DNA from: Fimbriosthenelais zetlandica
Taxonomy: Eukaryota
Direction: 5' to 3'
Assembly (NCBI GenBank): GCA_977030845.1
Contig: OZ365109.1
Location: 23,188,001-23,252,000, forward strand
DNA: 64,000 nt
The stretch's first letter is position 1. Every line of letters begins with the position of its first letter. This document shows positions 1 through 12,495 of the stretch, piece by piece. The notes under the pieces were generated by a model that saw only the letters and a list, made by a program, of their open reading frames with translations, searched no databases and was not told the DNA's origin. A program made the position numbers and the translations under genes.

Positions 1-1757
1 CTATATTTGTATATTCTTCGGGAAAAAAACTTCATTAAAAAAACTTAAATAGCATTGATAAACAATTTCTTCCCAAACAAAGTCTGTATAATTATTCTTC
101 ATGGTGTTTTTTTCATGAAAAGTCATGGAAATGCTGTAATAGCATCAATTCCATAAAAATCTTGATTTCGAAGATAGCAAAAGTACGGTTATGATTTAAT
201 ATCACACATGGTCAGTCACCTGCATAATCTTTAATTATCAGTTCTTGCAAGCATTCGGTGAAATACAAGCATGCAGATTCCGTTATTTAAACAAAAATGA
301 CACAACTTCCATGGCCTTGAGCTGCAGAAAACTGCATTTAAGTTCTCATCTGGGGACTCCACTACGAAGAAAATTAGGTTATAAAACTAACAGATGTTTG
401 TATAGTTCGTATAGATAGTCCTTTGGCATCTTACAGTCCCAAAGTTACATTATCTAAGCTAATATTCCCTAACATTGTGATTAAGCTTCTGTTCCATGCA
501 GAATTTTGGCCTCTCGCTTTATCTTTCGCTGTTCATCACCTTTGACCGAGTGGAATCTAAGCATTATAATGGACCTATTTCAAAAGAAAAATTAGCAATG
601 CTAATTCTTCGGCTAATTTTTTAAATGGTCTCCAGAACATCCCAAAGCATAAAATATGTTTGGATTTCCTTCCGTGTTGTACCCACTTTCACTTGCCTGC
701 CAGTGCCTCCCATGCATCTCACAGTCCTGGTCTACATATCTGTATACACAACCTCTCCGGTTTATTTCCCCACCCCTAGTTGTCCTTGCGCAGCCGTGTT
801 TGGACGCTAATTCATTATTTAGCACCAAGAGCGGTAGGGCCTCAAACAAAACATCAATTAAGTCAGTGGAGGGGGCGTGCCTCCTTCACGGTGATCTCCA
901 CCTAACCCACTAATACCATCTGACAGTGGCGCACCTGACATTATTGGTCAACGTTTGATGTTGGGGAGAACACACACCGCTCATTACCGCCCAACATCGG
1001 TTTTCGCACCTCTCATATTCGCCCTCCAGTCCCCGCTATTATAGTCGCTGCACTTTCCAAACGATTGCCTCCCTGCCACCGTAGACATTTCAGAGGCATC
1101 TCACTCGGAGTTTTAGAGAGAAAAAAAAGTGTCAGGGAAGATTAATTTCAGGGGACAACCGGAGCGTGGAAATAATAGACGAACGTGCCAGACGCGTGGA
1201 AATCATTCGAGCTGGCATTCGATCTAAGACCATTAACTAGTCAAAGAGAAATGAAATATAGACAATCTAGGGCCGATTCCTCATACTGCCATTGCTGGGA
1301 TTTTTTTTTTCGCGATAAAGCACTTAAATGGAATTGATCAGACAGATGATAAATGCCCCACGTTTGAATACATATCAAACACCTTCCGTGAATGATTGGA
1401 CATGGGCATGTCTGAAATTTTAATCTACAGATCACGCATTTGTGAAGCGAAATGTGAACAGATTTGATGGTAACATGACTGAAATGTGAGATAAAAGCGG
1501 CAGTGAGAGAGAGATTTGGGGAGTGGGCGAAGTAGGAAAAGAGCTGTAGGCCTACATGTACATAATTTACTGTTTAGGGTATCAATACGTATATACACCA
1601 AACATATTGGGTCATGACAGCTAGAACATATACAAAGGCCCAATGTTGATATGATCAATATTGTACATTATATTATATTCAAGAGTACGGCCGCAATAAG
1701 GACACAAACATCAAACTCCAGAACAGTCTCCGGGAAATCCAACGCACTCTATTAGTG

Positions 1758-2043
1758 ATGGACCCTGTCTGCAAGAGACTGATCCAAACAACTACAGTAC
1801 TTATAGAGTTAACCCAATAGAGGATTGGGCAAGAGAACTTCATGAACCCATTCAGTCTGCAGGGGCGGGATCGGGGTGGCTACAGACTGGACCCAATACT
1901 CATTACTGGATCCAGTAACTGCATGTGATGCAGGAGATGAACCCAGGACTGGACCCAGCCTGCAGGGCCAGGGGACTGGAACCATCCTGCAGGAGACTGA
2001 ACCTAGCATGCATGGGACTTGACCCATTCTGCAGGGAACTGAG
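1758..2043 (+). repeat. Degenerate ~21-bp tandem repeat (GGACTGGACCCANNCTGCAGG), translating to 7-aa units GLDPACR/GLEPSCR/RLNLACM/GLDPFCR
   Basis: At least four recognisable units at 1948-2040, plus more diverged copies near 1758 and 1841. Confidence 0.65.
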
Positions 2044-3904
2044 TCTGAGTGGGTCCTCTTGGTGTGGACTCCCGTTTTGTTGCAGAAGCTACTCGGATAA
2101 TTTCGGATCCCGAAATGACTCACCAATTTCAAATAGCGGTGTAGCTGTTTGAATCGATACGATCATGCAACATTGGCAGCAGGTAAACTGATGGTGGAAC
2201 TAGATAAGATCAACACGGGAAATTGAAACGTACATTGTATAGAACATCTCCCCACTGGGATTTCTGTATTTAAGTTTTAATTTTAAAATATTACGCAGGT
2301 GCATTGGTCGATTGGAGGATAATTCAGTAGGCACGTGGAAACAGGGCAGGTGGCTACCCCAGACAGGCCCTTTATTCCATATTTAATATGATTAGAATGG
2401 CGCATTTACACTGGTCTTTTCTGATAAAGCTAGAATAAAGCGGTGGCAAAAACATATTCATGATCAACATCAGTCTAATGCAAACAGATCCAACCTGCGC
2501 CAAAGGCCTTCTTTGTTCAGTCACCGATAGAGTTATTCACTTCTGCCATGCACCAAAAATGGCTCTGCATTGCAAAACTGTATGATGATAAAGTGTTGTT
2601 TTGATGCAAAATACAATGCATAGTTGTTCAACTTGTTTATGGGCCGAGAGCCCTGAACAGAAGAGTGGTCTTTATGCATTGAAGGGGGTTCATCAATTCT
2701 AAATGTGGTCTATTTTGCAATACTGATTTACTGCAAGCCAAGCATGGTGATTGAATATTATAGAAATGACTATGACAGACGGCCGGGGTTGGATTTTCAA
2801 TGAACCTAACAAGTTGGTGCTTGATGCGACAGAATGGATGCTTTTTCGATGGTACAGTTGATGGAAAAATGTTGTCTAATAAAGTGAACTCTGTATGCAT
2901 TATGTAAAACACGGTGTACTTAAAACGGAAATTATAATCGATAGATTTAAATATGATGCATTGGGCTCGTATTGACTTTGGATAGAGTGTTACGCCATAG
3001 CTGTTAACTAGGAACGAGTCCAAATATTGATAGTAGGTGCCGTTATTTTAGTGAGATTTTATGCAGTGTAGATTAAGATTGAATTCAACATAAATCAATG
3101 GCACAGGTGGTGCGCCGTAATCAGCTTTGTTTTGTTGTCGGTCGTTCAACTATTAGCATTGAATTGAACTCAAATCTCCAATCTCAATGGATCGAATCTA
3201 ATGCAGATAATATGCAGGGAAAGTTAAAATTTCTAAAACTCCATCAAAATTTTGGCCTAAACTAATTATCATAATAGGCCTATATAATTATGTGCTGAAA
3301 ATAATGCGCGAGTAACGGTTGTTAACGGACATCATGGGCAAACAAACTTAACAAGTTACGAATCAGTACGGATAACTTACGGTTCAGTGCGTCCTATATC
3401 GGCCATTTTTCTTCTTAGTTCCTCTATCTGCCGCATCGTCTGAGTGTGGCAGCACCTTCTGTTTATCCTTCACAGTCAGTAACAGAAAAGTCTATAGTTC
3501 TCACCTGCATTCCTAAAATTATTTTCCCACGTGCCTTACACAATAGCCATTTCCATAGGTCTATATTGTGGTTTGTGTTTTGACTCCAAGGGAATGCATT
3601 TGACCTCAGACAACACTTTTTGAAGTTGGAGTTCAGAAAAGCCCATGCGAGTATGCCACCACCGGGAAAACTACGAACTTATGACGTCAATAGCAAGTCT
3701 CACTGAGCCTGTTATCCTTAATATTTAAAATTTCCTTTCATAATATGACAGGAAATATTATATTGGCATGTATTCCGTTCCCTTCATATCATAAAGCTGC
3801 TAAATGAGAGTCCCGCCGCCAGAGAGAGTATTATAATCCCGGTGATTTAGCTAAAACAGTTGTTGTGGAACTCTTTTTAGTGGAGTTAGTAATTGAGCCG
3901 CGTA

Positions 3905-4213
3905 ACTTCCGGTTAGACACCGGAACGTGCTGCCCTCCCGTATCGCGCGGAGGGCGGCAGAACCAAACTTTACTGCGAACTGACCGGAACGTGCTGCCCT
4001 CACCTACCCCTGCGGTGGATAGGGGAACTAAACTTTACTGCGGGCTGACCGGAACTTGCTGCCCTCTAGTACCGCGCGGAGGATAGCGGAACTAAAGTTA
4101 CTGAGGGCTGACCGCGACTGACCGTACAGGCGAGCACCCAGTAGACCTTTTCACGATAAATCCGGCGCATGCGCCCTACGTTGTTTACATTAACAACAGT
4201 TGTCAAAATGGCG
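3905..4213 (+). promoter_or_regulatory. CpG-rich promoter-like module: ETS-like ACTTCCGGT, CTCF-like TGCTGCCCTC repeats, palindrome GGCGCATGCGCC (NRF1-like), and AAAATGGCG (YY1-like) over the ATG
   Basis: Motifs seen at 3905-3913, in each repeat unit, at 4164-4175 and at 4205-4213. The factor assignments are by consensus similarity only. Confidence 0.5.
3919..4114 (+). repeat. Three diverged tandem repeats of 64, 65 and 63 bp (ACCGGAAC[G/T]TGCTGCCCTC...GAAC[C/T]AAA[C/G]TT...CTG)
   Basis: Units start at 3919, 3983 and 4048, with a partial fourth start at 4111. The flanks are conserved and the hairpin-forming middle is diverged. Confidence 0.88.
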
Positions 4214-4375
4214 AAGCGGGAGCATTTAAACAAACTAAAAATCGACGCGATCAGGGCACTGGCGGCAGAAAAGAGGATAGAGGTGAAGACGAGGAAGAAG
4301 AAGGATATCGTGAGCAATCTGGTTACGTCGGGAGCCTCCAAATCACTGTTGACACCAATTATTCTGGACCCCTAG
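4208..4375 (+). pseudogene. 55-aa ORF with a SAP/HeH/Rho-N-like helix-loop-helix pattern (MAKREHLNKLKIDAIRALAAEKRIEVKTRKKKDIVSNL...); probable truncated N-terminus of a transposon-encoded protein
   Basis: Strong AAAATGG start context behind a promoter-like module. The L-x-x-L-K-I-x-x-I-R-x-L-A...K-x-D-I-V-x-x-L spacing resembles SAP/HeH motifs. Stops early, and the downstream exon-like sequence is interrupted. Confidence 0.45.
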
Positions 4376-7300
4376 GATACCTCCTCGTACTACTAATCTT
4401 CAATGAACTACAATGTTATTTTTGTGTGTAAATTTTAGGCAGGACTTGCATTGTCTGGTGCCTTCCGTGCCCGCGACTTAAACAAGGGTTGATGGTGGTC
4501 GTTTCTGTGCCCCTGCACCACCTACCCGTCATGTGGAGGAGTATCAAGGCCGGTTCCCCTTATCTGGGGCCTGTTTCAGAACAACCATTAGCAATGCTAA
4601 GTCTATGGGAAATGTGTACGCTGATACAGGGCCCTGATGGCATCTGTATTAGTACCAGGGCCGGTACCCGTCATCTGATCACAAGAGGAGCTGACACCAC
4701 TTTACATTGCTTCAACATCTCTTACAATGCCTGGGCCTTATATTAGGCTAAAGGTAAGTTCATTTTTCTACTTTTTATAGCACTATTATATTAGCATTAT
4801 ATTATTTTACATTCTAAGACAGATTATGCCCCTTCAGGATCAGGACTATATTCTGACCATTTGAGGGGAGGGGAGGTAGGAGTCTATGGCACTATTATAG
4901 GCTCTCCCGCTTCCAACCCAAACCAACTCAACCTAAAGGTTACAATAGAATGTGCTATGGGCGATGCCCAGGCCCATTTTATGGCACAGTGGCGCCCTCC
5001 TGTGAGGGATTTCAGAATCAATTGTGGACCTGGATCGTTCTGTAGAAGGACGGTATACACGTATTTTTATACCCCTGATATCAAGGGTTAGATTTTTTTT
5101 TTATCATTTCCTGTGGCGTAAGAACAAAGCTTGAACATCTAGCAAATAGATGCATCATTGTGTTTTCTCCAATTCACCAAAAATGTGACTGTGACACCAA
5201 AAATCGTTCTTCCCGTGGACGCTTCAAATGCATATGTAATGCAAGTTACAGTTATGAAATAATCCAATTAGGATGGAGCAATTTTTAAATTTCACATGAC
5301 ATCAAGTTACATGAATGCCCAGTATACATATAGCTCTCGTCCGTGAACACAACCATCCCTATTTCATCAAAATTACCACCAATTGCATTTCAAGCTACGG
5401 CATCAATTTAATTTCAGAATAGACGTTCAGTGTTAAGGCCAAACATTCTGTACATTGCATACAACTGCCAGGAAAATTATAATTATAATTCAGAATTCAA
5501 CATTTATATTCAAGTTTTGATAAAACAGTGAAGGTAGGCCTACACTCACTAATTAAATTGAGGTATTATATACAATGTACCTATGCAGCATAGGTAGACA
5601 CAGTCCTATACTATAAGTCTTGCGTGATCATCCTGAATCTTGGACTCTTTAATTAAGGAATAGAAAACAAAAAAGTAAACCTTATTTTCGTGAAGGTTGT
5701 TGATTAAAGGTTACGCCAGAGGTGTGCTACACTTGCCAGTGATCTCTTGATTTCTGGATAACTTTTTACTAGAAGCTAATTCAAATTAATCAGTGAGTTA
5801 GAGGTGATTACAAGAGAAAAAATAACCCCTTTGGGAATAAAGTGCAAATGATAGAAATTGAAATACTACGAACAAAGGTCGTATATAGAAGCTTTTAAAG
5901 TCCAACCCATTGACCGCTTCCATAACCAAGAAGTTCTTATGAGAATTAGTACTGTTCTGTCAAACTGAGGGTATAATGCAGAACAACACGTTACGGTTTG
6001 AATATTCTGTGTCATAAACTACTAGAATTGTACTAATATTTTTACTTTATTTTGTTTGTTTAATTCTGATAAGCACATTGATATTAATTTTCTTCGGAAC
6101 GAAGTACAGCAAAAGGTGCACGCACATTCTAAACATATTCTAAACAAGAAAGCGTAAGCAACTGGCAGAATCACGACTGCTCAAACAACAGTTGGTGTGA
6201 AGACAAAGCAGCATGATGGCTGGAAGGGAGAAACCTGTCTGAGGCCATTATGATAGTACAGCGCTAAAGTGCTGCTATCTCACGGCAATGAATGTAGCCC
6301 TGGAAGGAAAGACAACGCGCCCTTTTAAGCCTTCCATCAGACCCTTAATGTGCCTTACTTAAAACTAAGGAAGTAGACCTTTTTCTATTCATTAAACATG
6401 AATAGTTTGGAAGGATTCTCGAACTTCATAAGTTCAGAGAATTTGGTGACATCCAGGCACGATGCTAATGTGTCCAACTGATAGAACCTACTTTTGAGAG
6501 TGTAAATTATGCATGGGGCTCTATAGATACTTCACTCTATTGAAAGTAAATATGATGCTGTGCCACCAGATCTCAATTAAATTTTTTGAATGATTTCACA
6601 TTATTGTGCCTATGAGAAAACATTCTCTCGAGAGCTTCAAAGGAAAAAGGCATGAGAGTTGAGAAGGAAGAGGCAGAAAATAATGAAGACAGATAATTAT
6701 GAGAGATCTTGGGATTAAAGCAATTACTAAACTTAAATCACATGCATCGTATTTCTATGAGAGGGAATGACATCAATGAGATGTTGAACAAAATTAATAA
6801 TGACCAGAATACACACAATGTGAAATACTACAATAATATACAGTGGAACCGCGCATACTGGCCATGTTATACTTGGTACCATTTCTATATACAGCCTATT
6901 TCATACAATCCCCCAAAGTGGTCACTTCAGACAATTGACACTAAAACTGTGAAACCTGTTTGAGTAGATTGAAGTTCATAGCAATCGCCGACATGTATAT
7001 TTCATCACACAATATATAATTATATTGACACACATACAGGAATAAGTCATTGATAGACATCTATGATAGTTGGGCCTATATATTTGATCCATACCAAACT
7101 AGGCATATTATATAGTACACACTTACCTTGTTAATTTGCACTGACCCTTACATTCCTAATGATAATTGTTTGCTTCTTCTTAACTCGTCTTTCAGCTCAC
7201 TATAGTATAGTATAGTCCCTGTGTATAGTATTTCTCATGAGCAGTTACATGTATGTGGCCTCACTCAAAATCCTGTATTTAAAGCATCCGATACGTAACG

Positions 7301-7595
7301 TTTCTAAATCCGCCCCCACAATCCCGATCCAGTTTCTGTGGTGGCAGACACGTCTGCTTGGCGATTCATTGGATCACATGTCATTAACAGGTGTATTTAT
7401 AAACACAATATTAAGTGGTTTGGTTTTCACTCCCTGGGGTTGAGGTTGTTTTATCATCTTGGTTTTATTTTATTTAATCTTTTGGGAAAAGTGCATTGAC
7501 AATTGGTACGCGTATAGGGAGTAAAACAATCATTATGGTATTTGGGGGTCGCATGCCCATACAGTACGGTATAACCTCTGTATTTATAGCTATTT

Positions 7596-7657
7596 GCAGA
7601 GACCTTAGCTTAGGCCCTATAATATCAAAATAGGCCTATGGCCTGTAAGGTCTCTGC
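7596..7657. mobile_element. 62-bp mini inverted-repeat element (GCAGAGACCTTA...TAAGGTCTCTGC) flanked by TATTT direct repeats
   Basis: Perfect 12-bp inverted repeat at 7596-7607 and 7646-7657. TATTT lies at 7591-7595 and 7658-7662. Confidence 0.5.
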
Positions 7658-10600
7658 TATTTGTTCCCTAAATTAATGACATCATAATAATGTTCGCTGA
7701 TCAGATATGGGACATTTTTCCACACTTCAATTGCAGGTCTGGATTACGACCTACAATTTTGGGTAATTTTAGTACACTTGTATAGGCTGCGTTACTGTAA
7801 ATTTTACCTAACCCGCCCCCTCCCATTAATTATAGAACTGACAACATTTCATTGTCACTGTCTACTAGTGATCCTTTGAAATTGACAACTTGATTATACT
7901 GAGGGAGATGCGCTAGTTGGAGGGAACTGTACTAGCCTTGATAATTAAACCTGCACATACAAATTTAAATAAGCCAAATCGGAACTAAGAGCCAAAAGCT
8001 TTCTTGTGTTCAAGTCTAGAGTTGGGGGACATTTTCTTACATACAAAAGCCTGAGTATTGCAAAGGGAGAGCTTTGAAGTAACAGGTGGGGCAGGTTTTA
8101 CTTGGCAAGGCATAGACTGAATGAAATTCAATTACTTTGTCCTTGCCGAAGAAGGGAGTCATCCATTTTTAGAGATGCGGGGTTATTAGGCAATTGCTGT
8201 TAGTTGCTAGGCAGCGCTTGTCTCTGCATATGGACAGCAGGAGGAAACTAGTTAGCACAGGAGGCACCAGATGGAGTGGGTGTGCGATGAAGTTCACGTG
8301 ATAAAAATCCCCGGAATCTCTTTATCCCAATTAATGATGATGGATGGAAAGGTAAAACATAACTTCATGCCTATTAAAGCTCCGCAATTATGAGGGTCGT
8401 GATTCATAAGTGGGAGACCGCTCCTAATAAATGCTGCTCTTATAATTATTGTGAATGCATTCTGTGCAGTTATATTTATTCACATTTAATTTTAACCGTA
8501 ATGACTATCATAATTCAGCATAAAATTATCAGGCCGTTTGTCCACAATACGCTTGGTTTATCCTATGATTGAACAATGCATAGCCTATATACTGTACTGG
8601 GACATTGAACAACCATGCATCAGGCAAAGCATTGTAGGCTAAAGTATTGTAGTAAAATATTTGTGTACAATGTCTGTCCATATAATGTAGGCCTATATAT
8701 TAATAATGATATCTAGGCTAGGCAAGGGAATATTGAACAATTATAATGTAAGTCCACGCAATTTATAGGACTATTATTAAGTACCAATGAAGAGAAAAAA
8801 TACATGACTGTCTTAGATGCCATAATCTTCTATCAGGTCCTAGACATAATTATCTCAAAGAGGGATTCTTAAGAAATGTTCCAAGGGTTTAAAAAGAGGG
8901 AAAAGCGAGGTGGTTGCCTTCTCCCTAAGCCCTGCTGCAGCTCTAGTCTTGACTGATATTTCACAAACAAAGATCGCGGGCTGTTCGAGCTGAGTAGTAT
9001 TTTAAGAATATGGATTGTGTAATTGAAGAGTGATTCCATTATCTAATTTAAATCTATGCGCCCCTAATTAATCAAATTATGTTGCAGATTACAAGATAGT
9101 GGAAAAAGATAATCAAGGATACATCTCTGAAGGTTTTATTTTCTACTCCCTCCCTTCTCCTGTCATTTCATAAATATTCATCTTATTTTTCCTGCCATTG
9201 TCTTTGAATCAATTTCACTTTCAAGAGATGGTTTGATAACAGCGGTCGTCCTACTTCCTATTAAGAACTAGGATTACAAAGAAGCGGAGAAGAGGGTGGA
9301 TTTTTGTTCTCCGCATAACGGTGCCATGTTATCTTATCGTGTTCGAGATTTGTCATTTTGATCTTATCAATTTTCAAGGCAAATAGCAATATCAGTCCAC
9401 CCCGAAAACCACCGTGATGCTTTCTCTTTGCGAAAGTTGAAGACGATACTCAGAGTACTTCCAGTCTCCAAAAGCAAATTTCCCAACCATTCTTAATGAT
9501 TATTGATGGACTTTTCTATTGAATTTGGCAATTAGTTAACCTTGTTGATACATACTCACGAAATAAGAAGTATTTTATTGATATGAACGGATACTGAACA
9601 TTCAAGGGCAGGTATTTCTATCCACTGAATAGCTATGCAGGGGAGCAAGATTTATATAACATGGAGAAATCCTTCGTTTATAGTCGTTGGTCGGAGTAAT
9701 GATCTATTTCCTTCTTATCCTGGCAGCAATTGAGCTTCCTTGTATAATCCTGAGATATGAAGAGACAGCTGGTCGCTGGGATATCCGTTTGACCTCCCCC
9801 TGCCTTCCGTATAATGCAATGGGGCCCATCAGTCTAGCAGTGAGGCCCCAAAATGAAGATGGACGACAAGGCTTGCTAGAAGCATGCTTTATCAATTTAC
9901 ATACTGATTCAGGCACTCCCCCCACTGATTGTCTCGAGGCGAATCATTCCATTAGCCTCCAGGCTCGTGTACCTCTTGTCATGTTTAGTCAATGTTATAT
10001 TTTGTTAATTGATGGAAAAGAGACAAAATTTGACTCCGCAATTTTCATTACAAAATTTCATCATGTTTACGTAATTATAATTACCGAAGAAAATTATAAA
10101 AAGAGAGTATTATAGAAGACACTGTCAAGAAAAAAGATCAATGAACCCTCTAGAAAAGCCATTTGGTCAATATTAAATTGCAAATAAATTTCGTCTAATA
10201 TAATTTTGAAAAAACTTTCTATTCAGATTCTTGGGACGTAAAAATTACATTATTTTAGTGAGGTTGACTTCGGTTATAGACAGGATCGTAAACGTGATTT
10301 TGGGTTGTCATTTTCTGTCTTTTATATTGGGATATATCATTATAGCTTTTGACCTTCTCTTGTTAATATAATGTGTTTTCCCACGTCCAATCTCATGCTG
10401 TATTAGGCTAACAGGATTACTTGTTTGTTAAAGCCCCATAAATACCATAATAATGTTAGCCTTAATCATGTACTATGACTATCCGTTTTCATGGATGCCC
10501 GCATCATCCGAAGATCCCCCGCTGAAAGCAGAACATCACTTCTTCTTTAGGAGCTTGATCTTTTGGCTAAGCCTTCGAATGTTTTCTTATATTGTATCCG

Positions 10601-10895
10601 TATGGAATGCTTGCACCTGCATGGTCCAAAAATACTATCGGTAATGCCGAGTTTCCCTCTTCCTGAACTTATTATTTAACAAATCTTGCACGAATTTATG
10701 AGGAATTTATGAACAATTTCCCATGAAATTATAATTATGCTTCAATTCCATGCATAATATATTTGAAAAGGGCATTGAACCATCAATGCATATATGCTTC
10801 CCCCAGTTAATAATATAATTAGCTTCACAAAGATTGAACAAGTTAATAATAGCAATGATAAGAGAGTCATATAAATTATTTTGTATATAATCATT

Positions 10896-10901
10896 TTTAT
10901 T
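10896..10901 (-). other. Candidate AATAAA polyadenylation signal (~1.06 kb after the stop)
   Basis: First AATAAA I found on the minus strand downstream of the stop. The region is AT-rich, so it could be chance. Confidence 0.3.
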
Positions 10902-11957
10902 CATTGTTGTGGCCTATACATTTCGTGACATGTTGTTTGGTTATTTGTCGATGTACAAGTATTATTAGAGGCATGTTGATATGCTGAAGGGCAGTCTTGT
11001 GTGCATTTTCCCTAAATGTCAAAAGATGCTGAGTCATCATTTTTCTTCACCTTGAAATCAAGAAGTTATCTGACATTTCCCACGATTCTATGGAATTGAC
11101 GATACAGAATCTGTCGCAGTTATCCTAATTTATGAATACTATTAAATTATTTCTCTCAGGTTATTTCTGGAACAGGAATGCCTTATAGATTTAGATCATA
11201 ACGTACTAATTGTCATTACAGCTCAGGGTACATTGGAGTATTTTCACTTGAACAACTATTGCTTACGTAATGGGACAAATGTTGCTAATCTCCATGTTGG
11301 ATTATAGCACATAACAGTATATATTCTCGTGGCTTAACAGTATACACGCTTAGATGCAGAATCTGATGCCATATTGATATGAAAATAATCGATATGATTG
11401 CTTCACCCTCCTTTATAAATCCACACATAACAATTGCATAGGGACTCAACAAACAAATTCCAGAACTATCACAATAAGCATTTTGTCTAGCAACTTCAAA
11501 CGACCTCAACAATATTATAACCCTTTGCTCAATGTTCCCCCATTCATGACCACACATATAAATATATTCCATGCAGAACTTTCATCCTCTTCAACATTTA
11601 GGGGTGCCACAGTCTGTACAGTTATATTCCATCGAGATATTATCACGGTACGCCCTATGAATATACGCTATAGGGTATAAAAACAATGCTCATTCTACGT
11701 AGACATGGACGTATATATGGTTCCCAATGGAAGTGTCAATGATGATTATTGCTTTATCATATACAAACAGTCCTCATGTTTGTGCGAAATATATGATGAT
11801 TTCCTATATACAGATGAAGGTATGAGTATGTACAAGTCAATGGCTCGCGTTGGCAGAGTCCAATCATTTCAAATGGTAAGTCCTGCTTTCTAGTATAATA
11901 CATAGTCACTTCCTATCATTGTTTATATCAGTTTCTAATTAATCCTAGTGGTTGTAA

Positions 11958-12495
11958 TTACTTGCTGTAATCTCCTGTTGTGACAACGTTCGTTGTTGTT
12001 ATACCCGTGGAATAAGGTGATTCAGCAGCTGTAATGGCTGGAAGAGCCACCTCACGGAGCTCATTTACAACATTGCTCCCGAGGTTGGGATCCAAGTCAA
12101 AATAAGAATCCTCTAATCGGTTGGTGGTTACATCTGTAGTATTTTTGGCGAAGCGCACCGTAGTGCCAGTGGGCCGGCTATATCCATTACTTGTATCGTA
12201 AATCTTCTCACACCCTTCGTGGTGGTGATGGATGGAGCAGACGCCAGGGTTTGTAACAAGGACGGTGCCGCCATATTGACCCATATCCAAAGCAGCAAGG
12301 TGGGCAGGATACGTGTCCCACGTGTGCGTGTATTCGTTCTTCTCGCAGAAACACGTGACGTGATTGTCGGCGTCCAGTGAGACATCCGGTGGGTGGTTAA
12401 TACACTGCATGGCCTCTAATTTGGCGGCTTGACTGTAGGGTAACTCGCCGATGTGGCGGGTCGCCTTCCTCTCTCCGTATTCCTCGTCTTTATTC
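11958..12495 (-). CDS. Terminal exon: cytoplasmic tail (RNKDEEYGERK...YFDLDPNL...TTGDYSK*)
   Basis: Acceptor ...ttcttttcaattaaaagcag; the phase-2 junction restores the frame of the longest ORF in the window (11958-12524). Stop TAA at 11958-11960. Confidence 0.85.

Noticed and set aside
3919-4114. Repeat-spacer appearance (conserved ~40 bp plus variable ~22 nt), reminiscent of a CRISPR array
   Set aside because: The 'spacers' are homologous to each other (units 1 and 3 share most positions), the context is eukaryotic, and there are no cas-like ORFs. It is a diverged tandem repeat.
5640-6800. Patches that look like decayed coding sequence (e.g. VCYTCQ, acidic EKEEAENNED)
   Set aside because: Frequent stops and no motif I can assign to a family; needs a translated search against a transposon library.
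9687-10115. 142-aa plus-strand ORF with a hydrophobic N-terminus
   Set aside because: No recognisable domain or exon structure, and the composition drifts into AT-rich non-coding sequence.
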